Below are positions 1 to 12,196 of a stretch of 64,000 bases of DNA, piece after piece. Both the position numbers and the translations under genes were made by a program. How positions within the stretch are numbered: the first letter of the stretch is position 1; each line of letters starts with the position of its first letter. This stretch comes from Callorhinchus milii (Eukaryota), in assembly GCF_018977255.1 (NCBI RefSeq), contig NW_024704743.1, positions 83,516,001-83,580,000 on the forward strand, read 5' to 3'. The notes beneath the pieces are model-generated. The model was given only the letters and a program-made list of their open reading frames with translations, made no database searches and was not told the DNA's origin.

Positions 1-452
1 CCATGAAACCATCTTTGTTAAAAAAAACTTTTGTCCTTATCACTAATTGAGCAACAATAGTGATGTGCTTAGCGTGACCCTTTGCAGTCAGTAGCTGAAG
101 TGCTACTTAGGCAATTCATTCAAAACCAACTGCAGACAAAAATCAGCTAACTTGGGAACACCAGCTGTACTTTGAAGAAATCTCAACTAGCATTGCTCAC
201 AAAACATGCTCATCTTTGATTACAACACTACATATAGATTAGTACATAAAGTAAAATAACAATCATAGGAGTCAGATTGCATCACAGAACAAGAGATTAA
301 AGCTGCAGCCATTAATAAATATTATAGTTCAATGTGTCTGTGGATGCTGGATGAGAACGGGTTTGAGCCTTAATGTAATACCCTGAACAGTTGAAAAGCC
401 TCCCAACACTCACTCTCTAGGTGCACATAAAGATAAGCCACTTGGTTGAGGT

Positions 453-555
453 ATAATAACAATTCTTGCATTTGATATAACGCCTTATCACATCTTCGAG
501 ACGTCTCAAAGCGCTTCACAAAATATATTTTGTTGGCGAAACGTGGCAGCCAATT
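453..555 (-). mobile_element. 3' fragment of the young tRNA-derived SINE (stem-loop plus tail)
   Basis: Reverse complement reads AATTGGCTGCCACGTTTCG...AGCGCTTTGAGACGTCTCGAAGATGTGATAAGGCGTTATATCAAATGCAAGAATTGTTATTAT, matching the 3' end of full copies in this window. Confidence 0.85.
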
Positions 556-3500
556 TATATGGAGGGTTCCTGGCACCAGTAAGGAAAAGGGGAGAATAAT
601 GGTTAAAGAAAACAAATGCACGTGCTTCCTGTGAGGATAGGTACAAAATAGCTGCTGAGCTGCCAGTATTAATGTTGCCTTTCTGAAGCTGAGAAGGACA
701 CTTTGTTGAAAAACACTGACGTTCCTTTGATAAAGCACGAGCCGGGTTAATTTTTGGTCATATTTCAGAAAGGATATGAATATCAAACTGAGCTCGGGTA
801 CATTTCTTTCCCGAACATGTGTTTATAAAGAATGCAGCACACATATTCATACTGAAACCATTTTGTATCCTTGTGCAGTCATGCATGCAAATGCTTTGAA
901 TATGGAAATGTGGTAACTTTATTTTCGTAAATAAGGTCTCGGGTTAAAAGAAAGGAAATACCTGTCACAGTTGTTCTTCACTTTGCAAATTTTATGGTTT
1001 CTTAAACGGCCAGCTTCAATTTCACAGCAGTTCAAAGAGATGATTTGCACCACAGTCAGGTACATCAACATGCAAACTGTACATAAGCCATTATGTTATG
1101 GAATCTACCTTCATAGTATGCCCATTCAACAACATATTATTATTATTATTATATTATTACTAGTCTCTGAATATAAAATGGATCTGTCATTGTAGGTAAT
1201 CTTGGTTTATGGGACTAAAAGAGTTTATGATTGTGGTTGTAATGAACCACAGTGTATTTCTATTTTCGTGGAATCGAGGGCCGAGAACAAATAAAGGGGG
1301 ACAAATGGAGTACGTGATATGAGAATTAACACAAGAACAGAATATGCGGTCACATTCTGCCATTAATAATAATAATGATAATAATAATAATCCTTGCATT
1401 TAATAATCTGTTTCTCAACAACCGGATTGACATCATTACCCCTCACCTGTCCTGCAGCACCCCTCCGCACCTCTCCCCCCAGTCCGGAGAACGGATTCTC
1501 CCTCAGTCTTCTCAGAACTTAAATCAGTTCCAACCTTAACTTAGCAAGGTTTGAATCTTAGCCATTATAATTTATAGCTTCAGTTTTCTATGTTGGAAAG
1601 TATTTTTAGACCACCATCTAACAAAGAAACGAGTCTCATTTAAGATTTTTCAGACCTGACTTTGTTGCAAACCACATTTCCCCTCTCCTCCTCCAAATGG
1701 TGCTCAGCACTTCTGTACTATCAAGATGACTTTTGGCCAGTGCTCCAATCACTAACTGGAAAATATGTGTAGACAATGGGTAAGAAGAGGGCTAAACCGA
1801 GATGTGATGCTTCCCATGGTCAGATGGGTAAGGGAAAGTAAATTGAATAAAGAAAATTACTGAAGAGATTTCAGTTGGCATGACAGGTTTCCGAATGCTG
1901 CATGAATTCGGTTCAGATAATGAGACATAGGGGCTGTGGGAGATTGCCAAAGTAAATAACAATATTCATATCCATCCTTGAATTTGATACAGCCCATATT
2001 ATCACATTGTCGAGATGTCACAAAGCGCTTCACAGGATTTGCTGCAAAGTGTAGTGACTATGTATGTGTAAGCGAAAATAAAAGAATCTGGTGCAGCAAA
2101 GTTTCTTAAGCATCTGGCTGAAAACTCTGGAAGTACAAAGACCCTAATGGACCCTAGTCACAGGAATCAATTATATTCTGTGGGATCCTTAATCTAATAA
2201 ACATCTTCTGTAATGCTTAGATTAGTAAATTAAATTAGTCGATGGGTAATGATGTAACTACTGAGCTGTGGCAATTGATCTTGCTCTTAGAATCCAGGTT
2301 GTTAACATATAATAATGCCAATATCTTAATGACTGATCACTGCAATACATGGTTTATTTAGATACTTAAGGGAGAATTTAACAACAAAGAATGATCATAA
2401 TGACTCTGTTAAGAAATGTCAGAATTCCAGTCAATAACTGTTGACTGGTTTCAAGTGCGCACATCAGTTTGCCCTGATTTCACTTTCCTTTTGAAAATAA
2501 CTCTGCCATTATGTTTGATACAGGCTGAGTGGACGAGGGGGGAAAATAACATAGCTGGAATCACACAGGATTGGCAGTGGTGGGGCCTAAAGATCTCTGT
2601 ATTCCTCATGGTGAAGAACACAGTAAAAATTACATTAATCAATTCCAGAGAACTGACCGCTCCAAAAGGAAAGAGCGCAGCGACAAGTGGCAGGTGTGGC
2701 CGGGTCAATAGGGTTTCAGGAGATCACAAAGATAAAGTAGAGCAAGACTGTAAAGGAATTGAAAGGTGAGAACGAGGATATTTAACTTGATCCACTGTGG
2801 AATGGGGAGTCAATGGAGCCGAGCGAGAATGGAGAAGATAGGCTCACGGAGCCTCCAAAACCCATGTAAGTACAAGAAATTCAGTTTTTAAAAAACAATT
2901 TCATGCACATTAGAGACCATTCACCCACTTAGTCCATATCAGTGTTTATGCTCCACATGACCCTCCACCCATCGTAATCCTCCATTATAGTATCTATAAT
3001 ACATTTTGAGGAGCTCAGAGGTAGTAGCACTGCTCTTTACAGGCTGATTAAGCCAGTATTATTATCCTAACTTCTGAAGTTCAAAAACTGTGTTCTCCAC
3101 GATTGTGAGCACAGAGTCCTCTGGGCCCAACCAATGTGCTGAAGCTGAAAGTGTGTTGAACACTGTTTTTGGTTTCATCACCATGGTCCATCGAATCTCT
3201 CTTGAAATTTTGCAACAATCCCCTTCATAGGACTGAAAATCTGATATGTGCTGCTATCACTGGGGATAATTATCACATGACATGTGCATTTTTCCACCCC
3301 TTAATATCCTAGAATTTTCTGTTCTTATTAGGAAAGGGCTATTAAAAAAGGCTCGAGCTCACAAGAATACAGTATTTTCTATCAGCACTACAAATTACGG
3401 CATATTTATTGTCTTATAGTTCTTGCTAAATCACATGTAAGTGCAAGAAAGTCAGTCCTTAATAGATATTTTCATTCAAAACAAAGGGCATACCAGCAAA

Positions 3501-3572
3501 GTTACTCTTAAACAAAACAGCAACAAGTGAGTCTTTTTTTTAACTCAGAGCTCCTTATTCTACAAAATAAAT

Positions 3573-4006
3573 GTAATCTTTGCATCTGGTATAGCGCCTT
3601 TCACGTCGGGAGGACATCCTAAAGAGTTTCACAGAATTATTGTAAAGTGTAGTGATTGTATTTTGTAAACAAACGTGATACCCAAATTTGCATGCAGCAA
3701 TATCTCACAAACAGCCATAACAACAACAAAAGCAACTTGATTTATATAGCACCCCTCACACAGGGTAGTGTTCCAGAGTGCTTGACAGTGGCACAATGCT
3801 GAGCTGGGGAGAGGGGCGAGGTGACTGGAGACACAGTCGAAGGGGAAGGTCTCCAGCCGTGACTTGAAGATGGGGAAAGAAGTCCATACGGTAAATGAAC
3901 CAGGAGAAACTCCCTTTTCTTTTCAGGTGCCATGGGATCGTTAACGTCCACTTAAACAGGATGTTGGGACCTTGGGTGAGCGTCTTGTCAAAGGAAGTTA
4001 CCTCTA
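3573..4006 (-). mobile_element. Degraded Deu-domain SINE interrupted by an old L2 3' end (about 3721..3880)
   Basis: Deu-like blocks (TGCCATGGGATC, CAGGAGAAACTCCC, CACAAACAGCC) flank an L2-type tail CAACAACAA...TTTATATAGCACC. Confidence 0.65.
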
Positions 4007-6399
4007 GAACTTAACCCACGCATTCATAAAATCCAGCAACAATATCAACTGAATATATTACTTGTGCCTGTTCCTTTAGCCTGAGCATTCTGAATCATGT
4101 TGGCTGAATTTATTCATCATATTTCCTGAAGTTATGAAATGTTACACATATTTTTGAACACAGTTACAATCAAAGCACATTAGTCACTGTCTTCAGTAGT
4201 TGCCTAAGTGCTGAAAGTAAATCCAATTACTTTTGGAGGAAGTGTATGTCTCTTTAGAGTCCAGCCACAGTCTTCTTCTCAGTTCACCTCCTGAAAAATT
4301 ACAGGACAAATATACAAACTGTCATGTGAAGGCGAGAGCTGCTACTGGTGATGAAGAACACAGATTAGGATTTACTCTGACCTGTCTCGGCGACATTAAA
4401 AAATAAGTGGTATTGTTGAGTAATTCTTTTTTAAATTACAAAACAGATTTTAAAAAAATTGCTGTGGGTGATCTAAGCAGCTTTATTTTTTTAAACAAAA
4501 TAACTGCATAGTTTGTGACTCTTGCCATTCTGATTCCATAACCAACCACAGCACTGAAAATGTTACGGGTTAGTCATATGCAGCGATTGGTCAGCCATGC
4601 TTTTACTCATCGAGACTCTTTCACTGCCATGCTGCGCAAAGTAATTTTGGATGGTCGAAATGTTTACAGCGCAGAAGAACGCCGTTTGGCCCATTGTGTG
4701 GGATTATATCTTCATTTGGGGATTTTGTGGCTCAGCAGCCTGCAAGCTTACAACAAACATATAGTGACAAGAGTGAATTAACGAAAGGCCTCTGTACCCT
4801 GCAGTGCTCTAATCCACTCTCTTAATGGTGTGTTAATCAAAATAAATCCACCTATTTTCAATAGCACTAAGAAAATGCTGCTTAAAAAATGAAGTGGAAC
4901 GCTTCAGTGACTCATTAGAAGGGAAGGTACTTTGACATTTAGTCAATTCCCCAAGGGGCTTGTATATAAAAAGCATGCACATACAAGCTCCCCTCAAAAA
5001 AACAATAAAACTACCTCCGAGCCAAGGATTGCAAGAGCTTTACTGGCTTCCAGACAGAGCACTGAAGCTCATTAGTTTCATAACCTATTAGTTAATACAG
5101 AACTACTCATTCTACAATTGGGTTTCCTAAAGAAGAGCTGACCTATTTTTGTCCTGAGATAAACGATCTTGTTAACAGATGTTTATCTTATAATCTGTTT
5201 TCCTGTAAGCAGTTCAGTTACCCAAGTTTCAGTCATTTAAAGAACCTCTGATTGCCTTACATCACGTCAACTTTTGTGCAGGCCAATCGGTTATGTTGAC
5301 ATTGAAGTGAAATACAGTACTTATTCTACTCTTTGCCAGTCAATTCACTCTGCCTCCCAAGGGCTTCGCTGCATTTAAAATTCCACAGGTTACACCACTT
5401 AGGTTACAGGCCATGTAGATCAGCATTGAGTCAGTTATCGAGGGCGGGGGAAGGGAGTCGGTAATCGATATTTCTGAAAATAAAAATAGAGGACATTAAT
5501 TTCTATGTCCAGTGAATACATTGATATCCAAGCCACAGTTTAATAATTGTTCAGCTAATTTGAACAAAAGGTGCTAGGAATCCTGTAATAAGCAAATGAT
5601 TGCTTTCTCCCCGACAAAAAAAAGCATATCAATGGATTCGCAACAAAGACCACAGTTAACTCAAAGTTGTTTACAGCTTTAATAACTAAATTCCTCCAGT
5701 TGAAATAACTTGGCGGGTGTCGTGTTACTATGAAATTGAAATGCACTGCGGTACTGAGAGGGTAGAGAGTAGATTCTGCAGAAACAAGGAGTGATTGTTA
5801 TTCTTTACCAACCCCCAGCACAAATGCACATACCCCCCTCTTCCAGCTAGCAGAGCCAATGCATGATACTACTTAGTTCTTTTTTGCTTTATTACGTATC
5901 TGAATCCAACACTGTTTATTTTTTTTAGGGGTTGGGTTGGTTACACAACAAATGATGTTGAAGATTATCCGGCAGTGCATCCGAGTACTTAATAAATTCT
6001 GCATTAAAAAGAGGCTTTGTTCCTCTGGCGCATTGTTTTTGACAGATAATTTTACTGGGTTTGCAGATGGAGGAGTGTGCACAGATGTGATTGGTGGCAT
6101 GGTGACTGCATTGATCATGCCTTTTATCATCAATTTTTAAAGTAAAGATTTTAAAAATGTAGAAACAGCACACACTCTGTGGATGTTTGTGGTGAAGCAG
6201 ATATAGAACCTTTCACTCGGCCGGAGCCTACGATTGGCAGTCTTTCCGGGCAATGTCACTATAGATAGAATTGCTGAGAGAAGACATTTAGTGAATGGAA
6301 TGAAGATTGCATCAAAAATTCACATGATTGACCAGACCAATTTCACTCACTATAGGAACAGGCGTAAGATGGATTAACCATCTACCAGCCCAAATCCAT

Positions 6400-6655
6400 T
6401 CGTTGATGTGATAAGGTCCCCTCTGTTTGTTCATGTGGACATTAAAAATCTCGTGGCATTATTTGAAAATAAAAGGAAGTTGTTCAGTGTCCTGATCAAC
6501 AATCTTCCAAATAAAATTGGTGATTCACTTCACGGCTGTTGAACATTGCTGTGCACAAATTTGGCTGCTCTGTTTATCCACAAAACACACAGTAATTATA
6601 CTTCACAGTAACTCCTGTGAACCGCTTTGAGTCATTTTGACATGATAAGGCTATG
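6400..6655 (+). mobile_element. Deu-domain SINE, 5'-truncated
   Basis: GTGGACATTAAAAATCTCGTGGCATTATTTG...TAAAATTGGTGATTCACT...CATTGCTGTGCACAAATTTGGCTGC, as in the other DeuSINE copies. Confidence 0.75.
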
Positions 6656-6837
6656 AGATAGCTGACCTGGTATTGTGGGTCAGCTATAAGATAGCCGACC
6701 CACAACTGGAGTCAGTGCCCAATGGTAAAGAAGGGAAATCAACAAGTCTTCTCAGACCTGACTGCTATTCAACTCCCATAGAATAATTTCACTGCCAGAA
6801 ACTCTATGTGTATGGATGTCATGTAAGTACAGGGTGA

Positions 6838-7160
6838 AAATACAATACAATACAATTTATACTTATTTGCGCCTTTCATGCCAGAAGGATATTCCAAAGT
6901 GCTTGACAATTCTGGCTAGGTACCGGAGCTGAGGGTGGGAACTGAAAGAGGTGGGGATGGGAAAGATGACTGAAACTGTAGTCAAATAGGATGTTTTGAG
7001 GTGTACCTTGAAAGAAGGGAGAGAAGCAGCAAGTCAGAGGGACCTGGGAGTGGAAATCCAGAGAGTGGGAGTTAATTGGCTGAAAACCCACTTGCTGATG
7101 GACTGGGGCACATGGAGTGAAGGGAAGTGAAGGGAACGGCCAAGTTGGTGAGAGTTAAGG
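6838..7160 (-). mobile_element. Old L2 LINE 3' end with (TTGTA)n tail
   Basis: AATACAATACAATAC tail, degenerate stem-loop and a purine-rich body homologous to the younger L2 copies. Confidence 0.65.
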
Positions 7161-8717
7161 CGATATTGATGTGTAAATGATATGTAATAACATAATATGT
7201 AAAGGAGGTAAATGATATGAAATATCCATTACAGATGTACTTCTCTACCTAGGTTCTCACATGAAGAAGAGCCATTTGGGCAATATTGGAGGGCTGCCAA
7301 CATCCTTGGAACCTCAGTTTCAGATTGTGCAGAATTATGCAACGTATTTAAGATAAAACTTATTACAAATATGGGGGAAGAAAGGACTAAAGGGATTTGT
7401 TAGAAGGAATTCAGCAAGATGAAGGCTCATGTGAAGTATAAACACCGGCACTGACTAGTTGGGCCAAATGGCCTATTTCCATGTTTTAGCTATTTTACAT
7501 AACGGAATTTTAAAAAATTCAGTCTTAATTTGGTAGCCGTTTTTCTGCGGTTCATAAACAGTACCAGCTTTTAGATGATAACTGACCTTTTTCTCCACAA
7601 TTCTGTGCGGTTTAAAATTTTAGGATGAAATAGTCTTATATGCTATAAGGCTTAGTGGAATGTCAAACTAGTATCGACTCCCGATTACAGCACAAGTTCC
7701 CACAACAACCACAAAGTGAGGTAAACTAATGCTTTAACTCAGTATTGAAAGTTCCCCTTTTTGTCACATATATTTTTGGTGTTCAATTCAGTGGCTTAAA
7801 CGTATCTTAACATCTAAAAGCTCTCCACATGAGCTACTTTTAAATGCTTGAAATAAGATATTGAATCTCCACTGCCAGGATCTGGGACTATGTTTCAGCA
7901 TTAAAAACAATTAAATTCCAGTGACATGGAAAGGGAGAGGAATGGGTTGTTTCAAAATATAGAGAAAACATTGAGAACAAGCACATTTTGTTAATGTGGC
8001 TTTACAAGAATCTAATGTACTAGTGAAGCACAAATGATATTGTTTGCTTTGGCTTTCATCCAGCCAGCCCGAAAGAACAACTTTGTATATCTGTGAAGTT
8101 CTGATATTAGTTTTGCCAGTTACTCAGTTCCAATATGAGTTACTCTCTGACTGTCGCAGCTCGACCGAAGGTGTGGAAGTTTTCAGTCTGACCTTCAACA
8201 TTGACATTAAACTTTCAAAGCTGAAAGTCCCTTTGCAAAAAGCAACACAATAAATAAAAATGCAAAATTATACTTAAAATACCTTTCACTTTTAGCATGA
8301 CTCAGAAGATTGTGCCTAAGTTCCAGATAATAAATGTCTGTAAACAACTAGTTTAGAAAAAAAAAGCAATTTGCATTTTTATACCACTTTTCACTTGCAA
8401 TCATCTCTAAACCCTTTATAGTAATGACCATTTTCTTGCAGGCAAAGCGGCTGCCATTTTACGCAAAAGATTCCACAAACAACCACAAGGTGAATGAAGA
8501 GGATAGTCAGCTGAAACACTGGGAGAAACTCCCTTCTCTTTTCAAGGAGTGTCACAGAATCATTAATACCCTCCTGTAGAACCAATATACTACAAGTAAG
8601 ATTTCCATTAATTCCATTTGAATAAAGATTGTGTAATAGGATTATCTATCGCATTCTGTCCCTTGGAAATCACATTGTATATACTTTAATGTGTCTCATA
8701 TGTGTCAAAACATATCA

Positions 8718-8929
8718 GGAGAAATTCCACCTGGGTCTAGATTTGCTCTATTTATTGTGTCATTTCAGAGCATCCAGAATTTGTTAAATTGTTAAATCCA
8801 GCCTTAATTTTGAAGCCGTTTTTCTGTAAGCTTTTTAAGAACAACAAAGAAATTCAACAATTTGCCAAATTCTGAATGCGGTAAAATGCTACGTAAATAG
8901 AGTAAATCTAGACCAGATGGAATTTCTCC
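8718..8929. mobile_element. Palindromic MITE-like element, best-preserved copy
   Basis: Left arm GGAGAAATTCCACCTGGGTCTAGATTTGCTCTATTTA is a near-perfect inverted repeat of the right arm TAAATAGAGTAAATCTAGACCAGATGGAATTTCTCC; no ORF. Confidence 0.75.
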
Positions 8930-9289
8930 CCAAATGGCGTTTTCTCAAAAAAAATGACAAGCGTGATGAGTTAACTGAGTTATCTGTCAATATGATTATT
9001 ATTGCAGCCTCTTATTTTTAGTGAACACATCTTATTTACGGAGATGGGCAAACAGCAATTAGTGGTTCAGTATTGCGGCTGTGAGAAGTAAAGGAATTTG
9101 AGAAAACATTTATACCATTGAAATACATACCAAATTCTGCAATTTCTTTTGCCATGAAACATCAAAACATTACAGAGGTCATGCAAAATTCCATCCTTTA
9201 GTACTCATTTGCCTCCCACTCCAGCAATGTTTAAATACAGCAAGTGGTAACAGGCTCATAGCACTAAACGATTCATTGGAGAAAAAGAG

Positions 9290-9472
9290 TGAAAGATTTG
9301 ATAACGTGGATATTAATAGGTTGTTTCCAGTTGTGGAGTCCAAAATGAACGGGCATAAATAAAAGATAGCTAATAGCAAATCTAAAAAGGTGTTTAGGAG
9401 AAATTTATTTTTGCAGAGGGTAGTGAGAACTTGAAATTCGCTGCCAGAAGTTATCGTTCAAGCAGAAAGCTT
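9290..9472 (+). mobile_element. CR1 LINE ORF2 3' fragment
   Basis: Translates with stops as FDNVDINRLFPVVESKMNGHK*KIANSKSKKVFRRNLFLQRVVRT*NSLP, the typical CR1 ORF2 C-terminal pattern (GH...RRNFF.QRVV..WN.LP). Confidence 0.8.
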
Positions 9473-9477
9473 CAAGG

Positions 9478-9670
9478 CCAACAATCTCCCAAATTAAAAT
9501 TGGTCACTCACTTCATGGCTATTTGTGGGACATTGCTATGTGCAAATTGGCTGCTGCATGCACTCACAAAATACACAGTCGATTCACGTTACAATATATT
9601 CTGAAAAGCACTTTGAGATGTCCTCCTGACAGGAAACATGCTCGTGTATATCAAAATATAAAGATTATTC
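9478..9670 (+). mobile_element. Deu-domain SINE 3' part
   Basis: GCCAACAATCTCCCAAATTAAAATTGGTCACTCAC...TTTGTGGGACATTGCTATGTGCAAATTGGCTGC. Confidence 0.75.
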
Positions 9671-9889
9671 TTAAGGAAAAAACAGGAGGTTAGTGCAATT
9701 CTTGATGCAGATAACATTAATAATGGCAACTAGATCACAATGCGAGACATAATCCTGAATGCATGACCAAATTGATTCAGAAAAATGCCCAGGACATGTG
9801 ATATGTAAATGGTACATCAATAGCATTTGTTTGCCAGGCTTTTTTCTGCACCAGCTTTTTTCAGTTTTGGAAAAGGCCAGTAAATGGCA

Positions 9890-10187
9890 CAGTTTGATTA
9901 CTGGCAGGATGAAATGTTGGGCAAGTTTCCTTACTCTACATGCTTACTCTGTTTACATAGCAGTAAGTAGAAACCCAGTGGTTAGTCGATTGTCGAATCG
10001 CTTTTCCGGGGGTAATAATTACTTTAAAAAAATTGGTCACTTCAATCCACGACTATTTGTGGGACACTGTTGCCACTTTTTGCCCACAAAATATAGTCAA
10101 TTCACTTTACAGTATATTCTGTGAAGCGCTTTGAGCCATCTCGGAGACAGCGCTATATCAAATGCAAGGATTATTATTATTATTATT
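9890..10187 (+). mobile_element. Young SINE, long (CORE-like) subtype, tRNA head mostly lost
   Basis: GGGCAAGTTTCCTTACTC...CTGTTTACATAGCAGTAAGTAG linker, Deu 3' block and CAAATGCAAGG(ATT)n tail. Confidence 0.85.
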
Positions 10188-10344
10188 ACCAGCATTGTAA
10201 TTGTTTGAATCTTGCAAGCAGAAGATAATAAGCTATCTTCTGCTCGCAGGATTCAAAGCGAGTCAAAATCGATATCTCTGGCCACCCTGACAAGCATAAT
10301 GAAGCAGGGACACAATAGGAATGTCTGGCTAGGTACCAATTCCA

Positions 10345-10677
10345 GATAATAATCATCATCATAATAATAATAATAATAATTTGTTGCATTTGATATAGCG
10401 CTTTTCACATCTTCTAGACGTCTCAAAGCGGTTCACAGAATATACTGTAAAGTGAATTGACTGTATATTTGTGGGCGAAACGCGGCAGCCAATTGCACAC
10501 AGCAGTGTCCCACAAACAGTCGTGGATTGAAAATGACCAATTTTATTATTGTTTTGTTTTGGAGGGATTATTATTAGGTGTGTGGAGTAAGGAAACCTGC
10601 CCAAGGTTTCGCCCTACCTGGAATTGAACCCAGGTGTCTCGCTTGCAAGGCGAGTGCTCTAACCAATGAGCAACAGA
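10345..10677 (-). mobile_element. Young tRNA-derived SINE, short subtype, near full length
   Basis: Minus strand: A-box-like GCTCATTGGTTAGAGC, anticodon arm CTCGC-CTTGCAA-GCGAG, B box GGTTCAATTCC, Deu 3' block, stem-loop and (ATT)n. Confidence 0.9.
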
Positions 10678-11874
10678 TAGCCGGAGTCCAGTAAACTAGG
10701 GATTTATTGTAGTTGAATTTTCCAGCAAATGTTATCAGAGAGGCAAACACACCTTAAAATATCTTAAATGTAACATAATTAAGAATAAGGCCATGCTTGA
10801 ATGATTCCAGGGTTAGCCCAGTCTGCAATTAAATGCAAGATTGGACAATACAGCAGTGGAGTCACTCAAAGTCACGTGCATGCTACAAAATGTGTTCATT
10901 CAATTGTGGGCTGACTGCAACAATGACGGGACACAACACACTTACACAAACAACATGTCAATTTAATGTACTAGTTACTTATTATTATATTATTATCTTA
11001 CTCCTAAACGTTATAAAGAGATTATAGACTAGCACTGCATTTTCTCCCTAGTATTTATAACCTTTAAGTAATTTGCTCATTTATATCCTTTTGATATTTT
11101 ATTAGCATTAACATATTTGCAAAAAGATTAGTACAATTTTTTCCAAACATAAAACAAATCGCATAGGCCCTGCACATATCTCCCTGATATAACCCAGCCC
11201 TGAGTTCACAGCCAACATCTACACTCAGATCCAACAAATTTTGTATTTTGGTTTGTACTGATGACAACTGAATGCTCCTTTCGAAAAAATTAAAGAACCA
11301 CTTTTTCTTCCAAATACTTTGATAAGTATCAGCCAAGCCGTAAACTATTTGAAACATCAGTGATTGATTAAATAAGGACAAGAGCAGGTTACGACCTTGA
11401 AACAGAGGAATGATTACACAGTCTACAACAAATTATTTTCGGGCTTCTTGGTTCCCTGTTACATTTCCTTTTCTTTGCTACTATTTTACTACAGTGGCAT
11501 GTAGCTGTGGCTCCAGGCTTCTGATTATCCCATTGTAATAACCAATCTCAATGCCCAGTATCTGAATTGCCTGGAATAAGTTGAGTGCACCCTGCAGTCA
11601 GGAGGAAACAGGGCATGAAACAGAACAGCAGCTATTTCCACCCAAAACAACTCAAACGTGTAGAGATGAAAGTATTCAAAGTCTTCAGAAGCTGAGAAGC
11701 CACATCTATGAAGATGTTGCTGAAATATAATCCCTGGGAATTTGTTTGATGACCCACAAAAATACAGTTATCCCCTCGAATGGAAATATTATTCTAGACA
11801 TAAATATTGAGGCTATATGTACTGAAATTTCTAATAACATTTCTTAATATTTAATTAATACTTAATTTCTTTGT

Positions 11875-12196
11875 GGAGTCCTGTAGCTCAGTGGTTAGAG
11901 CACTCTCTTTGCAAGCGAGAGACCTGGGTTCAATTCCAGGCAGGGCGAAACCTTGGGCAAGTTTCCTTACTCCACACGCCTAATAATAATCCCTCCAAAA
12001 CCAAAAACAATAATAAATTGGTCATTTTCAATCTACGTCTGTTTGTGGGACATTGCTGTGCGCAATTGGCTGCCGCGTTCGCCCACAAATATACAGTCAA
12101 TTCACTTTACATTGTGTTCTGTGAAGCGTTTTGGGACATCCTCCCGACATGAAAAGCGCTATATCAAATGGAAGGATTATTATTATTATTATTATT
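11875..12196 (+). mobile_element. Young tRNA-derived SINE, short subtype, full length
   Basis: GGAGTCCTGTAGCTCAGTGGTTAGAGCAC (A box)...GGGTTCAATTCCAGGCAGGGCGA (B box), then CCTTGGGCAAGTTTCCTTAC, Deu 3' block, L2-like stem-loop and (ATT)n tail. Confidence 0.93.

Noticed and set aside
11877..11948. tRNA-Ala(TGC)-like cloverleaf (also near 10610, 14090, 18225, 24795, 43640)
   Set aside because: Each is the head of a SINE that continues into a common body and (ATT)n tail. Anticodon loops vary between copies and the T arm is irregular, so these are not tRNA genes.
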